Source of the DNA: Candidatus Woesearchaeota archaeon
GTDB lineage: Archaea; Nanobdellota; Nanobdellia; Woesearchaeales; ARS49
Length of the DNA stretch: 64,000 bases
Reading direction: 5' to 3'
Assembly: GCA_038884975.1 (NCBI GenBank)
Contig: JAWAAW010000001.1
Location: forward strand, 18,476 to 82,475
In this document: piece after piece, positions 36,604 through 45,770 of the stretch
How the letters are laid out: every line of letters starts with the position of its first letter
How positions within the stretch are numbered: position 1 is the first letter of the stretch
Position numbers and translations under genes: made by a program
The notes under the pieces: model-generated
Database searches by the model: none
Told to the model about the DNA's origin: nothing
The model's input: the letters and a program-made list of their open reading frames with translations, nothing else

Positions 36604-38690
36604 TTTACAACCCTCGGATTAGGATCATCAAAGCTTGTCTGCTTAGGAAACTCCTTAAGCAACAAATAACCATAAGGATATGAAACTGAGTGGAAAAGAA
36701 TAGCGCGATGCTGTCCTGACTCCACAAGCCATTTCCTAAGAATGTCATAATCGTTTGAGTTGAAAACCCTTGCAGCAATCACTTTTGCCCCAACCGACTT
36801 TGCCTTTTGAACAACCTTTTCCATCTGATTAAAGCCATCAATTTGGACATAATAAATCTTAAGCGGCACTGACTCCTGCAATGTACTGAAATAATTTGCA
36901 GGAGTCTGGTAATACCAGACCGCATAAGGCCAGTCTGTTGAGTTCATCACAACAATTGGCTCTATCGTCTTGATTTCAACAGGCTGACCACCAATAATAA
37001 TCTTGCTGCCAACACGTTTAATCGGCGGGCTTCCAACAATGCTCAAATTATGCCCTAACGCAAGATTAAGATACTTATCAGTCAAGCAGATCACAGGAAC
37101 TCTTTTCTTTGCCAGATATTCAGCTGCCTTTATTTTTCCAGGATGATCACAGCAGCCCATAACCGCAGATACATTCCTCCTCAGCGCTTGCTCAACAAGC
37201 ATGTTAACGCCATGGGTGTCCATAATTACTGTAAGGTCGTCCCTCAAGAATCTCGTTGTGGGGTATAACAGCTTGTCAAGCGGAACCTCAAACCTGAAAA
37301 TGCCGTTCTCGTCAGAAGCATACCACTTGTCACGCAACCTGGCAACAAGAGTCCCGTAACCAACAACCGGCTCAATACCTGCCTTTGCCAGCTCATCCAT
37401 CCTGCCACCTTCGTGCCAACCAATGTCCTCGCGCAATTCAGAAGAATTGTAAGTCAGGCGCTCTGAGAAAGTCGTGAGAACCTGACTGCCAAACAAGTCA
37501 TCCTTTACCTGCAAGCCTAACCAATCCCTTTTCATGCGGTCTGACTGAGTGAGCACGGCGTCCCCTTGCTGCAGGACGATAGACGTTTCCCCGATAATGA
37601 TGCGCGAAGCGTTCTGCAAGAAAAGTGCAGAATCAACATCGCCAGTTTCGAACTTCAGGTTTGTCTTTTGATACGTTGCAAGGGACTCGTCAAGCTTTGC
37701 GCGTGCGGAATTGTTCAGCAACACCCATCGCTTTGCGGCTTCAAGCAAAAATGCCCTTTTGTTCCTGCCGCAATCGATTGATGCAATCGTCTCGTAAATT
37801 AATGCCTGCTTTTCCATATTGTTTGTTTCCTGCAATGCGCGGTCATACCACTGCAGGCTTTCACAAATCATTGAATCGTTCTTGGTTATCCTTCCAAGCA
37901 TCAGCATCAGGTCTGCGCGGGCATATGCAGAAAGGCTTCCTGAAAGCATTGTGGAAATGTTTCCGACAAACTCGCTGACATTTATACCCACAGAATTCAG
38001 GACGTAAGTAAAGTCATATTGCTGGCCGTAAGGGTCTGCACGCCTTAGCAAATTCATTATTGTTGCATTAAGTTCGCCTGTGTAAACAAGCCCTTCCTTT
38101 TTCTGGCTGTCAAAAATTATTGTGGGCGCCGTGGTGACATTGTATTTTGTCACCAAAAGCTTGACAAGGGGCTCGTCCTTGTAATCCTTGTCGATCGAGA
38201 GAACAACAACCTGCCGCTCATATTCCTTGCTCAGGTCTGCAAGAATAAATCCCTGTCTCTCGCTAAGGTCATCATCAATCTTGTAAAAGAAGATAATCGG
38301 AATGTAAGGCCTGTTGCATTCCTTGTTAAGTTGCTCAATCAAGGCGAGAAATTTAAGCTCAAGGAGGAAGTATTTGCGCTTCAAGTAATCATAGTCATTT
38401 TTCTTGAAAAAGCTGAAAGCGCTGTAACTGCCAAGGTCTGCGCCGACAGTCTTGATTTCCTCCTTTAGCTGGGCAATGCGGGCATTCATTATCTCACACC
38501 TGTTCCCGCCAAAGGAATCTGTGAACTCCTGCTCAGCCAAGTATGCAGCGGTATTAATCTCATGCTTAACCATTACATCAGCAATCGTGCTTATGCGCAC
38601 AAAATCAAGCCCGTAATTCAGCAGGATACCAAACGAAAAAATAAGTATTGTCAAAAAGAGACTGCTGATAATGATGCGCGTGCGCACCAT
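36600..38690 (-). CDS. Membrane-anchored 696-aa protein; N-terminal ~200 aa paralogous to 38693..39325, C-terminal ~480 aa unknown
   Basis: N-terminal TM. Shared blocks YLAEQEF...C, NDYDYLKRKYF and NVTTAPTIIF. Confidence 0.6.
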   Translation of the reverse strand: MVRTRIIISSLFLTILIFSFGILLNYGLDFVRISTIADVMVKHEINTAAYLAEQEFTDSFGGNRCEIMNARIAQLKEEIKTVGADLGSYSAFSFFKKNDYDYLKRKYFLLELKFLALIEQLNKECNRPYIPIIFFYKIDDDLSERQGFILADLSKEYERQVVVLSIDKDYKDEPLVKLLVTKYNVTTAPTIIFDSQKKEGLVYTGELNATIMNLLRRADPYGQQYDFTYVLNSVGINVSEFVGNISTMLSGSLSAYARADLMLMLGRITKNDSMICESLQWYDRALQETNNMEKQALIYETIASIDCGRNKRAFLLEAAKRWVLLNNSARAKLDESLATYQKTNLKFETGDVDSALFLQNASRIIIGETSIVLQQGDAVLTQSDRMKRDWLGLQVKDDLFGSQVLTTFSERLTYNSSELREDIGWHEGGRMDELAKAGIEPVVGYGTLVARLRDKWYASDENGIFRFEVPLDKLLYPTTRFLRDDLTVIMDTHGVNMLVEQALRRNVSAVMGCCDHPGKIKAAEYLAKKRVPVICLTDKYLNLALGHNLSIVGSPPIKRVGSKIIIGGQPVEIKTIEPIVVMNSTDWPYAVWYYQTPANYFSTLQESVPLKIYYVQIDGFNQMEKVVQKAKSVGAKVIAARVFNSNDYDILRKWLVESGQHRAILFHSVSYPYGYLLLKEFPKQTSFDDPNPRVVK

Positions 38691-38692
38691 CT

Positions 38693-39325
38693 TTATTCCT
38701 CCCGGACCAGTGCCACAAGCTCTTCATATGGTGTCAGGCCCTTGCGCACAATGTCAAAGTTCACAACAATGGAAGGTGTGCTTGTGATTTCATAATACTC
38801 CTCAAGGAAACGCAATTCTGGAGAATAATTGTATTCTATTGCAAAAACATTCGCATCAAAACCACTAACTATCTTATCAAGTATTGCACCCTGCTCAAGC
38901 GACTTTGAGTCATTCTGGCTGTAATAAAAAAGTATTATAGAAACATCAACTTCACAGTCCTGACTCAATCGGTGGTATAGCGTGTAAGTCTTTATCTGCA
39001 TCAAATGGAATTTTCGCTTAAGGAAATCATAATTTGCATTACCAAGATCCTCTTTAGCAGTTTCTGAGCCAAGAAGCTTGCCAAGCCGCCAAAGTTCACC
39101 TGACAGCGCAGAAAGCCTTAGCTTTGCAAGGTCACAATTATTTTCCATATCTGCAAACAATTCCTGCTCAATAAGGTATGATTCAGTGGCCAGCTCGCTC
39201 TGCTTGATGAACCTGTTGACCTCAGAGAGCTCAGGATTGCTTACACTTCTGCCCACAATTATCCCAATCGCAAATACCAGAATCAGAAGAAGAATCATCG
39301 AAATGTATGTTTGGCGCCTTACCAT
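38693..39325 (-). CDS. Membrane-anchored thioredoxin-fold-like protein (no CxxC)
   Basis: N-terminal TM. Blocks YLIEQELF...C, NYDFLKRKFH and EITSTPSIVVN (resembling the cis-Pro loop of thioredoxin folds). Confidence 0.5.
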   Translation of the reverse strand: MVRRQTYISMILLLILVFAIGIIVGRSVSNPELSEVNRFIKQSELATESYLIEQELFADMENNCDLAKLRLSALSGELWRLGKLLGSETAKEDLGNANYDFLKRKFHLMQIKTYTLYHRLSQDCEVDVSIILFYYSQNDSKSLEQGAILDKIVSGFDANVFAIEYNYSPELRFLEEYYEITSTPSIVVNFDIVRKGLTPYEELVALVREE

Positions 39326-40563
39326 TTTTTCCTTGTTCCCAGCGCCTCGTGAACTATTGCGGAAATCCAGTGCATCGTGGTAATGTAAGGTGCAATAAAC
39401 ATGTAGATTGCAATGTAGTGCGCGTGCCTGAAAAACCGCTCATTAAATTCCTTATGCGCCAAATACATCAAGTAAATCCCCAGCAGTATGCCAAGCAGTA
39501 TTGGCAAAGTTACTTGCACGTTTTGTGCAAGAAAAAACTTTTCAAAACCAGGAAAATCAAGTACGTGGTTGAAAAAATAGCCTTTAATAGTAAGGCTCCT
39601 GTAGAGGGTTTCATAGAGGTCGCCAAGTGTGCCGTATGCGGCAAGAGAGACTGTCAGAAGCAAAAGGAATATGCTGAGTATATTAAGCGGCATCTGAAAC
39701 AAACCGTAAATTCCATGCGCCTTTTTGAAAAGGAGTCTGCGGTAATTCCAGTGGTTGACTGCAAAGCCACGATACCACCTTATGCGCTGGCGCCAGAGTT
39801 CGTTCCAGCTCCGAGGTGCCTTTGTGTACATTATTGCGCGAGGGTCCATCCGCACTTCGTATCCATGTGAGCGCAGGCGCAAGGCAATCTCAAGGTCCTC
39901 TGTTAGGCCTCCATCACGAAAACCCCCAACTTTCTTCAACACCTTTGTGTTAAACATGGACAGCGCTCCACCCGGCGCGATTGCAAGAGTTCCAAGTGAA
40001 GACATCATCCTCCTGACAAAGTTGCTGATTATGTATTCAATGCGCTGAAGCTTCTCATAAATGTTTTTTGGCTCGTCAACTTTGACCTGACCGATAACAG
40101 CACCAATCTTTGGGTCTGAAAAATGCTTTACTAAGTGGTTCAATGCTTCTGGATGAACTCTTGTATCGCAGTCAAGACAGGTAAACAATTCCCCTACTGC
40201 ATGTGCAAGGGCAGTATTGACTGCGGCTGCCTTGCCCTTGTTGCATTCATGATGCAAAACCTGAATTGGCAGTGCTGGAAACTCCCTTTGCAAACGCTTG
40301 GCTTCTTTAAGAGTATCGTCTGTCGAGCAGTCATCAACGAGAATTATTTGCAGAAGTGTTTTTGGATAATTAAGATTGTTCAGCGACTTTATCGTCTTTG
40401 AAATTACTTTTTCCCTGTTGAAGCAAGGAATTGCAAAAGTGACTGTTGACAACTGTTTTGGCAAAGCCCTTCTTGGGCTGGGTTCAAAGACTATCATGTT
40501 AAGCCATATCAGCGATATCCAAAGGCTGATAAATGAAACTCCCCATAATATGTATTGTATCAT
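39319..40563 (-). CDS. Processive family-2 glycosyltransferase (NodC/IcaA/PgaC/cellulose-synthase-like)
   Basis: DDCSTDDT, DCD, TEDLE and QRIRWYRG (QxxRW), with flanking TM helices. Confidence 0.85.
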   Translation of the reverse strand: MIQYILWGVSFISLWISLIWLNMIVFEPSPRRALPKQLSTVTFAIPCFNREKVISKTIKSLNNLNYPKTLLQIILVDDCSTDDTLKEAKRLQREFPALPIQVLHHECNKGKAAAVNTALAHAVGELFTCLDCDTRVHPEALNHLVKHFSDPKIGAVIGQVKVDEPKNIYEKLQRIEYIISNFVRRMMSSLGTLAIAPGGALSMFNTKVLKKVGGFRDGGLTEDLEIALRLRSHGYEVRMDPRAIMYTKAPRSWNELWRQRIRWYRGFAVNHWNYRRLLFKKAHGIYGLFQMPLNILSIFLLLLTVSLAAYGTLGDLYETLYRSLTIKGYFFNHVLDFPGFEKFFLAQNVQVTLPILLGILLGIYLMYLAHKEFNERFFRHAHYIAIYMFIAPYITTMHWISAIVHEALGTRKKW

Positions 40564-42014
40564 TCTGGCTTATTGGGTGGAATGACTGCCCAAATATCGA
40601 CGAAAGCTGAGTGATAAATGTTTTTAAAGGTTTCGTTGTTTCTCAGAAGGAAAAGAAGGTCCTGCTCAGGCAAATCCCACACAAGCCCATCTTTCATGTC
40701 CCCGGTGATGACAAGAGCGCCTATCTTATGCTTGTAAAGCAAAGCCCTTGCATTTGTTATATCCTGCGAGTGCCATATTGCTTGAGCAACAGCCCAACGA
40801 GTTGCAATACCAGGAGTCAGGGAAGGCCAGCCGTCAAGATAAACCTGCCTTCCAGACCAGTACTCCAACCAGAAACCGTTCTTAGGATGCGACAAAAGAA
40901 CTGTTTTTTCAGGTAATAGGGACCTTACTGCAACGGCAGCGTCCTTTATTTCCTTTGTTGGCGGTCCTCTTGCCAGGAAAATACCTTGCGTAAGTGTTGA
41001 GAAAAGCAAACCGCACACCAGCACAAACACAGTAAGAACCCTTATGTCATCAAACACCCATTTCCTGCCTGCAAGGAATGCAAGCGCATTGCCTGCCAGG
41101 AAAGCCGTTAGCGGATGGGCAATCGGAAGGGCAGAAGGCATTATTAATGAAACTACGAGTGTGATTCCAACCGCAATCATTGCTGCAAAATATTTTTTCT
41201 TGAAATGCCAAAGCAGGACAAAGCCTATAAGGGCAAGCAGCCACGCAAAAAGGCTCATCCCACCCACCCCTCCAAAGTCGCTTATTGCCTGAATTACAAA
41301 AACCTGCTTTCCAAAGGAAGGCTGCTCGTACTGAAGGAACTGCGGAAGTGCAACCGTCACAAGCACGATAAACGCAGCAATGCTGGAGGCAACAATTGAT
41401 GAAGGAATCCTTCTGCTCAATGTACGCAAAAGCAACGGAAGCACAAACGCAGCCAAGGCAGGAATTATTCCGAATGAAGCAAGCAATGCAGCAACAAAAA
41501 CTGCAATAATAACGAGCAGAATGCCTCTACTTGCAGAACGCTTTCCTTCAGGTAGAGAAAGTAATAGTAAAAACAGGACGAACAGGAAAAGCTCAAGCGA
41601 CCTTGGAATTGCCTGAGTGAATGTAGTGACAAAAAAAGGTGAAATAACAAAAACAACAATTATTGAAAGTACAATTACGGGAGACAATTGCCATTTTCTA
41701 AGCACAGCATAAAAGCACAAAACAGACAATACCCCAAGAACCAATGGCAAGAGAATTGCCGCTGCCTCAATTCCGACTAGTTTTGCAAAACCTGCGAGCA
41801 GAATGTCGAAAGCATTAGGAACATACTTTCTTTCAGGCATTAAAGGGTCATACTTCGGAATTCCTGACTGCGCAATTATTCCAGCCATCCTTGCGTGACC
41901 ATAACTTTCACTACCAAGCATTAAGGGCATTCCATTAAGCGCCCTAATCAAGACAGGCAAAAGCAACAGCAATACACCAAATACAATTACTGCCTTAACA
42001 ATCAGTTTTTTCAT
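40560..42014 (-). CDS. GT-C polytopic protein, AglB/STT3-like paralog with degenerate catalytic motifs
   Basis: About 12 TM segments plus a C-terminal soluble domain. The N-terminal loop GSESYGHARMAG and C-terminal LPEKTVLLSHPKNGFWLEYWSGRQVYLDG occupy the positions of the DxD-type and WWDYG motifs. Confidence 0.45.
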   Translation of the reverse strand: MKKLIVKAVIVFGVLLLLLPVLIRALNGMPLMLGSESYGHARMAGIIAQSGIPKYDPLMPERKYVPNAFDILLAGFAKLVGIEAAAILLPLVLGVLSVLCFYAVLRKWQLSPVIVLSIIVVFVISPFFVTTFTQAIPRSLELFLFVLFLLLLSLPEGKRSASRGILLVIIAVFVAALLASFGIIPALAAFVLPLLLRTLSRRIPSSIVASSIAAFIVLVTVALPQFLQYEQPSFGKQVFVIQAISDFGGVGGMSLFAWLLALIGFVLLWHFKKKYFAAMIAVGITLVVSLIMPSALPIAHPLTAFLAGNALAFLAGRKWVFDDIRVLTVFVLVCGLLFSTLTQGIFLARGPPTKEIKDAAVAVRSLLPEKTVLLSHPKNGFWLEYWSGRQVYLDGWPSLTPGIATRWAVAQAIWHSQDITNARALLYKHKIGALVITGDMKDGLVWDLPEQDLLFLLRNNETFKNIYHSAFVDIWAVIPPNKPE

Positions 42015-43516
42015 TCAACAACCTCCACGCGGCAGTATGGCAGCTTCACGAAAACCTCGTGCCCTTTTTCTGAAAACGTCTGTGAGAAGCATTTGCTTTT
42101 TTCTATGTATCTCAGAGTGGTTATCCTATACTTATTCTTTGTTTCCTGCGAAAGAAGGATAACATTTGCATTATAGCGCTCCATAATTTCTGCAGCTTCA
42201 ACACCAAGCACTGTGCCAAAAACCCTATCAATATCGTGCAACCTCTGCTTAGCATCGTGCTGGAGCAGGAAATGGCTGTCGACGACATTTTTCCTCTGGG
42301 CGAGCTCTGCAATCTTGTGCCCCTCGTCAACATAAGCAACAACTGTTGAATCAGCGGGCGTCTGGGTACGCACCCATTCATAGGCCCGGATTTCGGCTGG
42401 CGAAGGCGCTTTCGCCTGCATTGCCCAGCCAGAACTAAGAGATGGCACGAACCCTGTGAGGACAAATGCAGCTACAAGCAGGGTAACAATTAATGGAACA
42501 ACGCGGTGAAATCTTGTTGTTGGAACATACGTAAGAAAGAAATCTACCCATCTGCTGAATAGGACAATCAGGAACATTCCAAGCATAATCATTCCCTGTT
42601 GGATAGGAATGAGCCTGAACCAGAGCAAGACTGCTGCCGCAAGCGTAAAGGATATCAGGAAATACGTCATCTTCTGCTTCCGCCTGAAAAGATAACGATA
42701 GACGACAAAAACACCATAAAGCACAGGAAGTATTCCAATCTGGTAAATTGCTGACAAGATTGTCACCTCAGCAAACTGCGATGACAACAATTGAGAAGGA
42801 ATGTTCTGCCAAATGACAGCAGGACCATGGGCAAGAATAAAGTTCTTGTAAAGCAAAAACTGACTCCAAAGGACAAAAAAAAGAGAAAACAACATTATCT
42901 CAAGCTCTGCATGCTCCATCTTAACACGCTCAACAAGAACAAGGAACAAATAAACTGCCAAACCAAAGGCAAAAAGCAGCGCAATCGGGTGCGTAAATGA
43001 AAGAACAATGAGTCCTGCAATATAAAGGTAGCGCCACTTGGGCTCCTGAACCCTCATCAGGGAATAAATAATGAAAAAAAGCAAAAATGCCGCAAGCGTG
43101 AGTGGCGAGAGCGTGTTGATAGTGTAAGCAAACCAGACAGGAACAAAGGCTGAAAAGACCGCAGTAAACAATGCAACACCACGATTTTTTGTAATCCTGA
43201 GCACAATCCCAAATATTAGTGGAATAAGCAATACTGCCAGCAGGTTAGGAATAACTTTTGCAGCAATCCCAACAGGCATTAACAATGAGAATGCAGCAAC
43301 AACATAATGAAAAACAGGACTGAAGAAGTAAGTCCTTCCACCCCAGCTCAATTGGTCTTCAAATAACGGCAGGCCTGTACGTCTTATGTGTTCTACTTGC
43401 CTCAGATGGAAGTAAGCATCATCACTGCTGAAGCCTTCAGCACTGAAAGCAATCCATAATCTCAGGGCAAAAACAGCAACACATACCAATGCAAGCAGCC
43501 ACGCTGTCCCCTTCAT
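42011..43516 (-). CDS. GT-C polytopic protein, AglB/STT3-like paralog with degenerate WWDYG
   Basis: Start set at the ATG 43516 (MKGTAW; the track start is a TTG). Loop-1 SSDDAYFHLRQVEHI resembles the AglB first-loop motif. C-terminal AYEWVRTQTPADSTVVAYVDEGHKIAELAQRKNVVDS parallels the WWDYG region. Confidence 0.5.
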   Translation of the reverse strand: MKGTAWLLALVCVAVFALRLWIAFSAEGFSSDDAYFHLRQVEHIRRTGLPLFEDQLSWGGRTYFFSPVFHYVVAAFSLLMPVGIAAKVIPNLLAVLLIPLIFGIVLRITKNRGVALFTAVFSAFVPVWFAYTINTLSPLTLAAFLLFFIIYSLMRVQEPKWRYLYIAGLIVLSFTHPIALLFAFGLAVYLFLVLVERVKMEHAELEIMLFSLFFVLWSQFLLYKNFILAHGPAVIWQNIPSQLLSSQFAEVTILSAIYQIGILPVLYGVFVVYRYLFRRKQKMTYFLISFTLAAAVLLWFRLIPIQQGMIMLGMFLIVLFSRWVDFFLTYVPTTRFHRVVPLIVTLLVAAFVLTGFVPSLSSGWAMQAKAPSPAEIRAYEWVRTQTPADSTVVAYVDEGHKIAELAQRKNVVDSHFLLQHDAKQRLHDIDRVFGTVLGVEAAEIMERYNANVILLSQETKNKYRITTLRYIEKSKCFSQTFSEKGHEVFVKLPYCRVEVVE

Positions 43517-43594
43517 GATTATTGCAAGCAAAACCCCTTTTATAAAGTCTTCGCAGCAATATTTTTATAGCCAGTGCAACATTTTGTTTAAGCG

Positions 43595-44266
43595 ATGGAG
43601 GGCAGGATATCCACCGGAACAGAAGTCCTTGATCAACTGCTCGAAGGCGGATATGAGAACGACGCAATCACAACAATTTACGGCCCTGCAGGAGCTGGAA
43701 AGACAAACTTGGCTTTGCTTGCAGCTGTTTCTACTGCTTCCAAAGGCAAAAAAGTGATTTACATTGACACAGAAGGTGGGTTTTCAGCAGCAAGACTCAA
43801 GCAAATTGTTGAAAACCCAAAAAAAGTCCTTAATAAAATAATGTTTTTGCGCCCGACTAATTTTGAAGAGCAGAAAAAGGCATTTGCAAGGCTAAAAAAC
43901 ATCAAAGGCAAGCAAGTTGGGCTAATTGTTGTTGACACAATTGCAATGCTCTACAGGCTACAAAGGAATAATGAGGACATTCACGAAATCAATCGCGAGC
44001 TTGGAATGCAAATAGGAATCTTGAACGAGATTTGCAGGAAGCACAAGATACCTGTGGTTGTCACAAACCAAGTTTATTCTGAATTCACAACCAACCGCAT
44101 TAATATGGTTGGTGGGGACATTCTGAAGTATGGCAGCAAATGCCTTCTGGAGCTTCAGCCGTTAGCTTCTGGCTGGAGAAAAGTCATCCTCAGAAAACAC
44201 AGGAGCATAGCAGGAGAGAAAGAAGCATTGTTCCAGATAGTTGATAAGGGAATCAGCGGAAAATAA
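43595..44266 (+). CDS. radB: RadB (RadA/Rad51 paralog)
   Basis: 223 aa with a Rad51 core only. Walker A GPAGAGKT and Walker B LIVVD. Confidence 0.8.
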   Translation: MEGRISTGTEVLDQLLEGGYENDAITTIYGPAGAGKTNLALLAAVSTASKGKKVIYIDTEGGFSAARLKQIVENPKKVLNKIMFLRPTNFEEQKKAFARLKNIKGKQVGLIVVDTIAMLYRLQRNNEDIHEINRELGMQIGILNEICRKHKIPVVVTNQVYSEFTTNRINMVGGDILKYGSKCLLELQPLASGWRKVILRKHRSIAGEKEALFQIVDKGISGK

Positions 44267-44500
44267 TCATTTCCAATTCTTGGTGAGCTCGTAGATTGAG
44301 CCAAGCACCCACGCAGCATTCAGTATGAGGAATGGCACACTATTGAGAAGGTATGCGTAGTATGTTAGCAAGGTGCTTCCCACTATATTTGCTGCGAGAA
44401 ATGTCTTGTTGTACGGGTCGATGTGCTTGAAAAGCTCGAGCAGATAGGCTGTGAGTATAATCGCTCCGCCTATTGCTCCGAAAATTAAAGGCTCAATCAT
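44267..44500 (-). CDS. Small hydrophobic membrane protein (multiple predicted TM segments)
   Basis: 77-aa hydrophobic ORF. ATGA overlap with the rps2 stop, so probably co-transcribed. Confidence 0.45.
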   Translation of the reverse strand: MIEPLIFGAIGGAIILTAYLLELFKHIDPYNKTFLAANIVGSTLLTYYAYLLNSVPFLILNAAWVLGSIYELTKNWK

Positions 44501-45099
44501 TCTTCGGTAAAGTCCTCAATGGTGAACTTTGGCTCCTCATCCTTTCCAAGCAAACCCCTGCCGCGCAAATACTCTCTTGCGAGCAAATAAAAGAGCAATC
44601 CCAGCGACTTCTTTCCCTTGTTGTTACACGGAACAATAAAGTCAACCTCGTTTGCCTGGTTGTTTGTGTCGCACAATGCAATGACAGGAATTCCGACAAG
44701 CATTGCATCCTTGATTGCATTCCTGTCAGGCCACGCATCTGTTACAAGGATAAGCTTGACCTCCATATAACTCTCAAGATTTGGATTTGTCAAAATTCCC
44801 GGAGGGTAACGTCCAGCAAAGACCTTGCAACCAGTATTCTTGCCAAATGCCTTCACTGCTTTCCAGCCATTTTCTCTCCTTGAACAGATAAGAATATCCT
44901 GCGGCTCATACTGTGAAAGTATGCTTGCTGCCATTCTGATTCTTTCATCAATCTTCTGAAGGTTAAGGACAGAAAGACCATCTGGGCGAGTCTTATAAAT
45001 AAAAGGCTCCATGTACTTTGTCCTGAACTTTGTGCCTATATGTATCCCTGACTTCAAATAAATGTCCTGCGCGACAAGGAATTGTGGTTCTGATGTCAT
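44497..45099 (-). CDS. rps2: 30S ribosomal protein uS2
   Basis: [34 protein letters not shown] and ALCDTN are typical of archaeal S2. Confidence 0.9.
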   Translation of the reverse strand: MTSEPQFLVAQDIYLKSGIHIGTKFRTKYMEPFIYKTRPDGLSVLNLQKIDERIRMAASILSQYEPQDILICSRRENGWKAVKAFGKNTGCKVFAGRYPPGILTNPNLESYMEVKLILVTDAWPDRNAIKDAMLVGIPVIALCDTNNQANEVDFIVPCNNKGKKSLGLLFYLLAREYLRGRGLLGKDEEPKFTIEDFTEE

Positions 45100-45203
45100 T
45101 TTCTGTTTTCTCCGCCACGGTTATTTGTTGCCTCACGTGGCATTTGCCTTGCACCAAGCAAGTGCAAAAGCATTGGCAATGTATCTGAAATACAGGAGTG
45201 TGT

Positions 45204-45737
45204 TTATAAAGCTTGTGCCTTGCTAATCTCCATCAACTGCTCGTGCACGGCACCTGTTGGGCTGAGCTGGCTCTTGAAAAGAACAAGCTTGTTCACTTCA
45301 AAAGTCAAAGGGTCAACCTTTATCTGTTTTAACGCATTAAGGAATTTTTGCTTGTCAGCAACATATTTAACCCGCGCAATAGTCAAATGGGCCTGGAAAC
45401 GCTTTTCCTTTGGAAACAATTTTTCAAGAGCACTGTCAACAAGCAGGTGCAATTCCTCAAACTTCTCACCCGGAGTCAGACCAACCCACACCACACGAAT
45501 AAAATCCTCTGTAAAAACCCCAACGCCATTAAGCGTTGCCTTGAAAGGCTTGAACCTTATCTCTGAAAGCTTTTGCTTTATTTCCTCAATCTTTGTGTCA
45601 GGGACATCACCCAAGAACTTTATGGTTAAGTCTATGTTCTTGGGCACTGTGAGTTTCGCTTCTGGCAGCCGCTTTGCCAATTCATGAATGTAATCAGATA
45701 TTTCCTTTGGCACTTCGCATGATATAAACAAGCGCAT
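45204..45737 (-). CDS. 2H-phosphoesterase (LigT/ThpR-like RNA 2',3'-cyclic phosphodiesterase), first HxT motif altered
   Basis: Start trimmed to MRLFISCEV. Second motif is HLTIARV. The first motif position reads DLTIKFLG instead of HxTxKFLG. Confidence 0.65.
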   Translation of the reverse strand: MRLFISCEVPKEISDYIHELAKRLPEAKLTVPKNIDLTIKFLGDVPDTKIEEIKQKLSEIRFKPFKATLNGVGVFTEDFIRVVWVGLTPGEKFEELHLLVDSALEKLFPKEKRFQAHLTIARVKYVADKQKFLNALKQIKVDPLTFEVNKLVLFKSQLSPTGAVHEQLMEISKAQAL

Positions 45738-45770
45738 AAGAATCAAAAAAAACAAAATAAAAAAACGAGC

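Noticed and set aside
45100-45203. Inverted repeats upstream of rps2 (GCCACG...CGTGGC and TTGCAC-caagcaa-GTGCAA) as a possible regulatory hairpin or ribosomal-protein leader.
   Set aside because: The stems are short (6 bp) and could arise by chance in a 100-nt spacer. There is no supporting conservation information.
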